13,317 nucleotides of DNA. Source: Planctomycetota bacterium. GTDB lineage: Bacteria; Planctomycetota; Planctomycetia; Pirellulales; Lacipirellulaceae. Both the position numbers and the translations under genes were made by a program. Below the pieces are notes generated by a model. It did not search any database. It saw nothing but the letters and a program-made list of their open reading frames with translations, and was not told where the DNA came from. Of the stretch, positions 1-9,045 are shown one piece after another; position 1 is the first letter of the stretch; the number at the start of each line of letters is the position of its first letter. Location: assembly GCA_039190745.1 (NCBI GenBank), contig JBCCXZ010000084.1, positions 1-13,317 of the forward strand, read 5' to 3'.

Positions 1-29
1 CCCGGCCTGACGCTGGCCGGGGTTTTTTT
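1..29 (+). terminator. Probable intrinsic terminator downstream of uvrB; T-run on + strand, possibly bidirectional and cut by the window edge
   Basis: CCCGGCC (1-7) / GGCCGGG (15-21) stem, 7-nt loop, T7 at 23-29. Confidence 0.7.
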
Positions 30-51
30 GTGCGCCGCACAGATGGTTTGT

Positions 52-2127
<2,076 letters not shown>

Positions 2128-2215
2128 GCGGGAGGTCGGTTCTTGCGGGTCTCGCGGCTGGGACAAGACTGTATTAGACCACACCCCGGGCTTGGACATC
2201 TACACGCGGGGTTGT

Positions 2216-2235
2216 GCTCGGCGGCTCCGCCGAGC
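2216..2235. repeat. Perfect 9-bp inverted repeat between the nucleoside hydrolase stop and uvrB
   Basis: GCTCGGCGG-CT-CCGCCGAGC immediately after the stop at 2238; no U-tract. Confidence 0.5.
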
Positions 2236-2237
2236 GC

Positions 2238-3335
2238 CTACGGCTGTTTTTCCGCGGGCCGGGTCGGCGCCTTGATCCTCTGCAGGGCCTTCCAGTAGCT
2301 GCGGCGCATCTGCGGGGCGTCGATGGCGGAGTAGACGCTGATCTGCCGCGGCGTGTTTTCCGGCGGAGTGGAGACCGTGGACTGCTCGGCGAGCTCGGGC
2401 CGCAGCAGGGCTTCGACGAGAGCGACGTCCCACATGATCCACGTTTCGTAGTCTTCGAAACGGGCGTTCCACTTATCGACAAGCAGCTCGCCGGCGGGGC
2501 CGAGTTCGGCGAGGCGGTCGAAGGTATCCCGCCTGTCGAATGTGAGGTCCTTCGCGACGTTAGTGGGCATGACGTGCAGCTCGAGACCTTGGGTGTTCAG
2601 CAGCAGGTCGGCCGCGTTGAGGTCGCGGCGGATGTTGAACTCCGATTTGTTCCACACCCCGCGGTCGTGCTCGTAGGTGAAGCCGAGGACGTAGACCCGA
2701 AGGCGGGGCACGATGGCGGGCTCGATGGCGATCGCCGACGCGAGGTTGGTCGACGCTCCCAGGCAGACCACGGTGAGCTTGTCTGCCGGCGGAGTTTCGC
2801 GTGCGGCCGCGATGATCGCCTGGGCGGCCGGCGAGTCTTTCGGCTCGGAGCCGCCCCAGGGCTTGCCGAGCGGCTCTTCCGACCCGCGGTGGAGAGGGAG
2901 CCCCCGGACGCCGAGAGAATCAAGCAGCTCGCGGTTGAAGCGGTGGCTGGCGTCGACGCTCGACTCGCCTGGCAGGCACCACTGGCTAGAGAGGTAGTGC
3001 CTCCACTGGGCCGAGTTGAGGCAGAGCGTCTCGAAACGGTCCTGGCAAACGACTCTCGTGATCGCGAATAGGTCGTCGATCTCGTTGGCCGTGTCCGCGT
3101 CGAGCACGAGCCGGGGCTTGTGGGAAGCTGCCTCTGCGGGGGCAGCTGAAGCCAGGGCGGCTAACGCGATGCCCAGGAGAAATACTCGAGCTAGTGCCGT
3201 TCTTCGGAGGCCGCATAGAGCCCACCAGTAGGCTTGTTCTCGTTGATTGATGTTGAGCCCCTTTCGTAACGCCTCGACAACGGCGGGTCGATCGCCGGCG
3301 GGTTGAAAATCACTGGTGAGCTGGAACTGAGGCAA
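2238..3335 (-). CDS. Nucleoside hydrolase (IU-NH family) with internal signal-peptide-like segment and UvrB-like N-terminal extension
   Basis: VLDADTANEIDDLFAI (DxDxxxxDD Ca-binding motif), LGASTNLA, SEFNIRRDLNAA, WIMWDVA; hydrophobic FLLGIALAALASAAPAEA precedes the domain. Start (TTG 3335) uncertain. Confidence 0.85.
   Translation of the reverse strand: MPQFQLTSDFQPAGDRPAVVEALRKGLNINQREQAYWWALCGLRRTALARVFLLGIALAALASAAPAEAASHKPRLVLDADTANEIDDLFAITRVVCQDRFETLCLNSAQWRHYLSSQWCLPGESSVDASHRFNRELLDSLGVRGLPLHRGSEEPLGKPWGGSEPKDSPAAQAIIAAARETPPADKLTVVCLGASTNLASAIAIEPAIVPRLRVYVLGFTYEHDRGVWNKSEFNIRRDLNAADLLLNTQGLELHVMPTNVAKDLTFDRRDTFDRLAELGPAGELLVDKWNARFEDYETWIMWDVALVEALLRPELAEQSTVSTPPENTPRQISVYSAIDAPQMRRSYWKALQRIKAPTRPAEKQP
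3234..3335 (-). pseudogene. Remnant second copy of the uvrB 5' end (34 codons), in frame with the nucleoside hydrolase
   Basis: MPQFQLTSDFQPAGDRPAVVEALRKGLNINQREQ vs Uvr[34 protein letters not shown]: 20 identities in 34 columns by manual alignment. Confidence 0.8.
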
Positions 3336-3528
3336 GAGGATTGGAGATAAGGGGTCGGGGATTGTGAGTCGGCCTTCGATACGCAGCCGGCCGCCCGGCG
3401 ATAGATCCTATGTAGAGCTCGGACGAAGGCGGTTAATCGTCAGAAGCGAAACAACCGCAGCCGTGCGCGACAGCCGGTGAACTACGCTTCAAGAGTACCC
3501 ATCGAAACCTTGATTTGCGAGCCGCACC

Positions 3529-4677
3529 GTGGAGAACGAGACCGCTCACACGACCTCTCGAGTCGGCCTCTGCCGTGTGAGCTTGCGTGTATTCTGCGAT
3601 GTAGTGGCTGGCGCCGGCGCTGCGTCGGCTGGAGCATTGATCGTTTTCGCGGTCGCTAACTCGGCTTCGGTTTGGCTGATCGTCTACGCGGCTTCGTTCT
3701 TCGCCGGGGGGCTGGTGTTGGTCGGCTGGGGCGGTCCCGGGGCGCGGCGGGCGGCGATCTTGTCACAAGTTGCGGCGATCGTGTCGATCGCCGTGGTGCA
3801 GTGGCAGCTGTTCGAACGCGACGCCGCTTATCAACTCGCGGGCCTCACGCTGCCGCTTGCTTTGGCTCCGATTACGGCCCTGGGGCTGCTGCTGGCAGAT
3901 CACTATCTGTTGAGTTGCCGCGCCACGGCGGCGGGGGCCGGATCGTCCTTTCGAATCGACGGGGTCCTTTCTCGGGCGGTGCGTCTGATGGGCTGCCTGC
4001 TGATGCTGGCGGCGTCCATCGGAACGATCGCTTATGTGATCTTGCCGATGAAAACCCAACTAGACAGCCTCGCGTGGCCGACCACCCAGGGAAAAATCGT
4101 CCGAGTGGAAGTCGTACCAAGCGCAGAGCCAGGGGGTTGTTGGTGGGCGTGCTCCACACACGATCGGCTAGAAGTCGAGTACGCCTACAACATCGACGGC
4201 GCGGAGCGCGTGGGGCAGAGGATCGATGCGTTCGACCAAGTGACGATGGGCTACTCGCCGGATCGGATGAAGCGGTTCATCTCTGGTTGGCCCGTAGGGG
4301 CCGTTCTGCCGGTGGCGTACCACCCCGCTGACTCCGATCGTTCGCTGCTGCGTCCCGGCATTGATGCCCCGCAGATGGTGTCGCTGCTGGGGGTTATGAT
4401 CTTTTTCGCTGTCTTCGCTTCGTCGTTGGTTGGTCTGGTCCGGCGTGAATACGTCTCGATAAACGCCTCTGCTGCGGAAAGCTCCTCGCCTGCGGGCGTG
4501 GTGTCCGAGTCTGTCCTGATTACTTTCGGGCTGGCTTCGTTTGTCTCTGCGGCGACGATCTTCCTAGCAACGGGCGGCGAGCCGGGTGTGCTCGATGCAG
4601 CGGCCGCCTGGCTGCTCGCGGTCGGCGGCACGCTCATGGCGTGGCTGTACTTTCGCAAGCAAGCCGCCCAAGCCTGA
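3529..4677 (+). CDS. Multi-pass membrane protein with DUF3592-like domain
   Basis: Several hydrophobic helices flank WPTTQGKIV...VEYAYNIDG...WPVGAVLPVAYHPADSDRSLL, the typical DUF3592 pattern; start uncertain. Confidence 0.75.
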   Translation: MENETAHTTSRVGLCRVSLRVFCDVVAGAGAASAGALIVFAVANSASVWLIVYAASFFAGGLVLVGWGGPGARRAAILSQVAAIVSIAVVQWQLFERDAAYQLAGLTLPLALAPITALGLLLADHYLLSCRATAAGAGSSFRIDGVLSRAVRLMGCLLMLAASIGTIAYVILPMKTQLDSLAWPTTQGKIVRVEVVPSAEPGGCWWACSTHDRLEVEYAYNIDGAERVGQRIDAFDQVTMGYSPDRMKRFISGWPVGAVLPVAYHPADSDRSLLRPGIDAPQMVSLLGVMIFFAVFASSLVGLVRREYVSINASAAESSSPAGVVSESVLITFGLASFVSAATIFLATGGEPGVLDAAAAWLLAVGGTLMAWLYFRKQAAQA

Positions 4678-4722
4678 GTCGATGGGGCTGGTTGTTTACC
4701 TTTCGGGCCGGACGCACGCGCC

Positions 4723-4755
4723 AGCCTTGGCTCGGCGCCGCAACGAACCGAGGCT
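4723..4755. other. Intergenic stem-loop after the DUF3592-like gene
   Basis: AGCCTTGGCTCG / CGAACCGAGGCT, 12 positions with one G-U pair and one mismatch; no U-tract. Confidence 0.35.
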
Positions 4756-4794
4756 AGCACCCGCGGCCTGCAAGGGAGTCGCGTGCCTGATTGA

Positions 4795-4803
4795 TGGTAG
4801 ACT
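4795..4803 (+). promoter_or_regulatory. Possible extended -10 promoter for the MBL-fold gene
   Basis: TG-G-TAGACT about 40 nt before the ATG at 4843; GGAAGG RBS-like at 4829-4834. Confidence 0.35.
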
Positions 4804-4842
4804 AACGGCCGACAGTAAACTCGTTCACGGAAGGCATATTCA

Positions 4843-5514
4843 ATGAGGCTTGGCTACTTTTTCTATGCGATGCTCGCGCTTCTCTGCTGCCCCGAACGGC
4901 TATCCGTCGCTCACCCCACGGTTCATATCCTCGCCGAAGGCTACGTCCAGCCGATCGAGGGCAAGGAGTTCGTGCCGGGGAAGACCGATTCCGGTGAGCG
5001 GAAGGTTGCCGGGACCATCACGCTTGTGAAAGCCGAGGGGGCGGTGATCGTCGCCGACCCCGGGATGATCGATAGCCGGGGTCGGATCGAGGCGGGGCTC
5101 CGCTCGCAAGGCGTTTCGCCGGATGCGGTGACGCACGTGTTTGTGAGCCATCACCACCCCGACCACACCGTGAACGCGGGCATGTTCCCCAAGGCGAAAG
5201 TGGTCGACTTCTGGGGCGAGTACGAGAACGACGTCTGGCGCGACCACGGCGATCGGTACGAACTTGCGTCGGGGGTCTACGTGCTGCAGACGCCGGGGCA
5301 CACCAAGCAGGACGCCTCGCTCGTGGTCGAGACCGAAGAAGGCGTCGTGGTGCTGACGCACCTGTGGTGGGACGAGAACATGCAGCCGGCGGTCGACCCG
5401 CTGGCGGAGGCGCCGAAGGAACTCGATCAGCACCGGCTGAAGGTGCTTGAGATCGCCGACTGGATCATCCCCGGGCACGGGAAGAAATTCGCCAACCCCG
5501 GGAAGAAGCCGTAG
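4843..5514 (+). CDS. Metallo-beta-lactamase-fold metallohydrolase with predicted signal peptide
   Basis: VIVADPG, SHHHPDH (HxHxDH), TPGHT, IIPGHG; hydrophobic N-terminus. Confidence 0.9.
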   Translation: MRLGYFFYAMLALLCCPERLSVAHPTVHILAEGYVQPIEGKEFVPGKTDSGERKVAGTITLVKAEGAVIVADPGMIDSRGRIEAGLRSQGVSPDAVTHVFVSHHHPDHTVNAGMFPKAKVVDFWGEYENDVWRDHGDRYELASGVYVLQTPGHTKQDASLVVETEEGVVVLTHLWWDENMQPAVDPLAEAPKELDQHRLKVLEIADWIIPGHGKKFANPGKKP

Positions 5515-5526
5515 CGTTTGCCCGCC

Positions 5527-7270
5527 CTATTCGATGCGCGTGAGCACCAGCAGCCGGAAGTCCATGACCTGCGTGCCGGCGACTTCGACGGCTTGCAGCG
5601 TGAGCGTCCCCGGTCCTTGAGGGAGTTCGAAGACGCCGAGGTCGAGCGGGCGGAACGCCTTCACGGGGCCCTCCTCGGCGGGGTAGCGGTTGTAAGCCAC
5701 GCTGGTGATCGGCGGGTCGTGCGCCGGCGTGACCCGCCCAGAGACGGCGGCATCCCCGAGACGGAGTTCGACCCGTGAGCCAACCTCGGCTTCGGGGCAG
5801 GTGTAGTAGAGTTCGGCCTGGAACCTGCCGGGCCGGATGACTTCCACGTCCCAGCGGATCTGGGCGTCCGTCGTCCGCCAGTCGGTGAGGTAGCTGCAGT
5901 TCGGCCATCGGCTCGATCGGGCAACGCCGCGGCCGGTTGCGTCGCGTGCAGGGAGTTGCGTCGCGGCCATGGCTGGATGACCGACCGTGAAGGGCAGGGG
6001 GGGTTGCTGCGTAGCGGTCTCAGCGAGCCACTTGCGTTTTTCGCGGCCCAAGCTGCTCCGCGAGTGCGGGGTGCTGGTCGGCAACGTCTTGGGTCTGCCC
6101 GGGATCGGCCAGGAGGTTGTAGAGCCGCTCGCGGTGGTCGAGCACGAAGCCCGCGTGGCGGGCGGCGGTGCGGCCGTTCCAATGCGTGAAGAGCGTGCGG
6201 TCGGGCAGCGGTTCGCCCTGGTCGAGCAGCAGTGGTTCGAGGCTTACGCCGTCGTGGTTGCCGGCGTTTGGCGGAGCGATATCCGCGAGATCGCACAGCG
6301 TGGGGGCGAGGTCGATCGCGGCGGCCATGGGCTCGATGACCGTCCGCGGGGCAATGCAGCCGGGCCAGCGGACGAAGAGCGGCGAACGGACGCCGCCTTC
6401 GTCGGTCGAGCCCTTGATGCCGCGGAGTCCGCCGTTGTAGCGGCGCCCGTTGGGTCCGTTGTCGCTGAAAAAAACAACGATCGTGTCGTCGGCCAGCCCA
6501 TCCCGTTCGAGCGCATCGATCAGCCTGCCGACGTTCCAATCGAGGTTCTCACACATCGCCAGCGCAGCGCGGGTGTGGTCGGGCTTCTCCTGCTCGGCGT
6601 TCGTCCCGCGCTGCGAGAGGGGCATGCCGGCAAACCTGCTCCACCAACGGTCGGGGACCTGCATCGGGGAGTGGGGCGTGTTGTACGCCAGCAGGATGAA
6701 GAACGGATCACCGCCTTGGCCGCGGATGAAATCGATTGCGCGATCCGTCAGGTCGTTCGGCAGGTAACCTTCGCCGCGGGCGATCCGCCCGTTGTAGTCG
6801 AGCATGGGGTCGAAGTACTGCCCCCAGTGCCCGGAGGTGAAACCGTAGAACTCGTCAAAGCCCCGGGCATTGGGGTGGTAAGGCGCTTGGGTTCCGTTGT
6901 GCCACTTGCCGAAGCACGCGGTGGCGTAGCCGGCGCGGCGGAAAGCGTCGGCGAGGGTCTGGGCGTTCGGGTCGAGCCGCTCGGTCCCCTCGCTCACGCC
7001 GGAGACGCCGTCGCGTCGGTGCCAGCGTCCGGTGAGCAACTCGGCACGGGTCGGCGCGCAGACCGGCTGGACGTAGAACCGCTGGAACGATGCCCCGCTC
7101 TCGGCGAGGGCGTCGAGGCTTGGAGTCTGCAGCGACTGGTTGCCGTGGCAACTAAGGTCCCCCCAGCCCTGGTCGTCGGTGAGGACGACGAGGACGTTTG
7201 GCGAGGCGGCGATCACCGTAGCTCCCGAGGCAGTCAACAACAAAAGGACAGCCGCGGCGCGCCGGATCAT
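5527..7270 (-). pseudogene. Arylsulfatase (formylglycine-dependent), split by a one-base frameshift near 6047-6049 (real lesion or sequencing error)
   Basis: ORF 6020-7270: signal peptide, PNVLVVLTDDQGWGD, CAPTR (CxPxR), FGKWHNG, SDNGP, LYNLLADPGQ. ORF 5527-6084 continues the protein in the +1 frame; deleting one G from CTT GGG CCG gives a 580-aa ORF reading LAEQLGREKRKWLAE. Confidence 0.85.
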
Positions 7271-7722
7271 GGCAGCGACTCGGCAGAAGCATCGCGGTTG
7301 GACGCGATGTCAGTCGCATCGGCGATCGGCAGCACGTAGGGCCGCATCATATCGAGGGTCCGCGGTCCGATGCCTGAGACGCGTTGAAGGTCTTCGACTG
7401 AAGTGAAGTCGCCGTTAGCGTCGCGGTCGGCGACGATTCGGCGGGCCAGCGTCTCGCCAATGTTGGGCAGTACGACGAACTCCGGCCACGGGGCGTGGTT
7501 CACGTCGACCTGGTACAACGCTTGGAGCGGGTCGGCGCGGTCGATCCGTACCATCCCTCCGTTGTGGCCGTCTTGCCGCCACCACGAGGCCCAGCTGAAC
7601 ACGAGGCCCGCGGCGACCAACGCGGCGATGCTCGCCTGGTCTTTTGGCCGGATCTCGAAGTAGCCCCGCAGGCCGTGGCGGTGTTGCCCAGGGCGGTCCG
7701 GCGGGTCGGCTTGCTTCGGCAT
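7267..7722 (-). CDS. ComEA-like helix-hairpin-helix DNA-binding protein with one membrane anchor
   Basis: VDVNHAPWPEFVVLPNIGETLARRIV...FTSVEDLQRVSGIGPRTL tandem HhH; TM segment IAALVAAGLVFSWASWW; ATG 7722 chosen; ATGA overlap with the sulfatase start. Confidence 0.88.
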   Translation of the reverse strand: MPKQADPPDRPGQHRHGLRGYFEIRPKDQASIAALVAAGLVFSWASWWRQDGHNGGMVRIDRADPLQALYQVDVNHAPWPEFVVLPNIGETLARRIVADRDANGDFTSVEDLQRVSGIGPRTLDMMRPYVLPIADATDIASNRDASAESLP

Positions 7723-7783
7723 TGGGTGCGGGTGGATACTTGGGGCTCGTGCTTCGTGTCGGCGGAACGGACGCACGTCTCAG

Positions 7784-7791
7784 AGTATAAC
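7784..7791. promoter_or_regulatory. Overlapping -10-like hexamers for the divergent comEA-like and nadC genes
   Basis: AGTATAAC reads TATAAC on + (7786-7791) and TATACT on - (7784-7789) within a 91-nt divergent spacer. Confidence 0.4.
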
Positions 7792-7813
7792 GAACCGAAC
7801 CAGAGAACGACGC

Positions 7814-8719
7814 GTGCCACCCAGCAAAACCGGCGACTTCAAGCAGCAGACCTGGGACGCGCCGGCAGTCGCCGACTGCCGGCGGCTCGTGCGGCTTTCA
7901 TTGGACGAAGACCTGGCCGGCCGCGGCGACGTCACGACCGAAGCCTTGGTCGATCCGTCAGCGGTCGGCGCCGCCCAGATCGTCCCACGGGCCGCCGGGG
8001 TGGCTGCTGGGATGCCGGCGATCGCCGCAGCGGTCGAAGAGTTCGGCGGCGGATTGGAAGCCGCGCTGCACGCGGAGGACGGCGAACCTTTCGGGCCGGG
8101 GACTGCGCTAGCGACTCTTTCGGGGCCGGTGGCGGGCATCCTGACGCTCGAACGTACCGTGCTGAACCTGCTGGGGCGCCTGCTCGGGGTGGCCGAACAA
8201 ACGCGGCGGTTTGTCGACGCCGTCCAGGGCACGCGGGCGTGCGTGTACGACACACGGAAGACGACACCGGGCTGGCGTCGGTTGGAGAAGTACGCCGTGG
8301 CTTGCGGCGGGGGTCGCAACCACCGAGCCGGCTTGTTCGACGCGGTGCTCATCAAAGACAACCACCTGGCCCAGGCGGGGTTGTCGCCCTCAGAAGCGGT
8401 GCGACGAGCCCGGGGACACACACGCAGGGCGCCGGTAGTTGTGGAGGTGGAAGTCGACACGCTTGATCAGTTGGCCCATGCGCTCAGGGAGCAGCCGGAC
8501 ATCGTGCTGCTGGACAACATGCCCCCGGCGACGCTGCGGCGGGCCGTCGGCATGCGTGACGACGAGGCGCCCGCGGTGCAGTTGGAAGCCTCTGGCGGCG
8601 TGCGTCTGGACACGATTGGTGAAATCGCGGCGACCGGCGTCGATCGAATCAGCGTTGGCGCTCTAACCCATTCGGCCGTTGCGTTAGACGTTGGGCTGGA
8701 CTGGCTAGACGTGTCGTAA
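7814..8719 (+). CDS. nadC: Nicotinate-nucleotide diphosphorylase (quinolinate phosphoribosyltransferase)
   Basis: LDEDL..GDVTT, ERTVLN, DTRKTTPG, EKYAV..GGG.NHR.GLFD, LIKDNH, EVEVD, LLDNM, EASGG, ISVGALTHS. Confidence 0.98.
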   Translation: MPPSKTGDFKQQTWDAPAVADCRRLVRLSLDEDLAGRGDVTTEALVDPSAVGAAQIVPRAAGVAAGMPAIAAAVEEFGGGLEAALHAEDGEPFGPGTALATLSGPVAGILTLERTVLNLLGRLLGVAEQTRRFVDAVQGTRACVYDTRKTTPGWRRLEKYAVACGGGRNHRAGLFDAVLIKDNHLAQAGLSPSEAVRRARGHTRRAPVVVEVEVDTLDQLAHALREQPDIVLLDNMPPATLRRAVGMRDDEAPAVQLEASGGVRLDTIGEIAATGVDRISVGALTHSAVALDVGLDWLDVS

Positions 8720-9010
8720 CGGCAGGCGGTGATTGCGAAAGCGTGGGGCAGCGGTCGCCGGACCACCGCCGCGAGGTAAGCAATCGGGCCTGAGGGCATT
8801 CGACCGGGGATTGCCCCAGAAAGCGGTGCCACCCGCTGGTTTGACAGTCCCTCAGGCGCACCTAGGGTTGGCGTGAATCGGTGCCTTTGGGGAGGGGCAG
8901 CGGTTCACGACGCGGCGGGAACGCTGGGAGCGAGAGGGGACCCCGCCGCGTCATTTTTTTCTTCGCGGTCTCTACGCCCGACTATTCCGGCTGTATTCCC
9001 GAGTTTTTCG

Positions 9011-9039
9011 TTGACAGCTATGCAGTCTGCGTTTAGTCT
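9011..9039 (+). promoter_or_regulatory. Sigma70-type promoter; predicted transcription start near 9046
   Basis: TTGACA (9011-9016), 17-nt spacer, TAGTCT (9034-9039) in a locally AT-rich patch. Confidence 0.7.
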
Positions 9040-9045
9040 GAGGTT

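Noticed and set aside
5987..7339. Long opposite-strand ORFs (also 28-705, 1393-2298, 2214-3071, 7780-8460, 10999-12195)
   Set aside because: Shadow ORFs of real GC-rich genes with no protein motifs
7792..7808. Three GAAC words between the comEA-like gene and nadC as a LexA box
   Set aside because: Spacing fits neither GAAC-N7-GAAC nor GAAC-N4-GTTC
8734..8748. TGCGAAAGCGTGGGG matches a conserved 16S rRNA stretch
   Set aside because: Only 15 nt; the flanks do not continue into 16S sequence
8841..8868. TTGACA hexamers at 8841 and 10592 as promoters
   Set aside because: No good -10 at 17-nt spacing (TAGGGT at 16 nt; TGCTTC)
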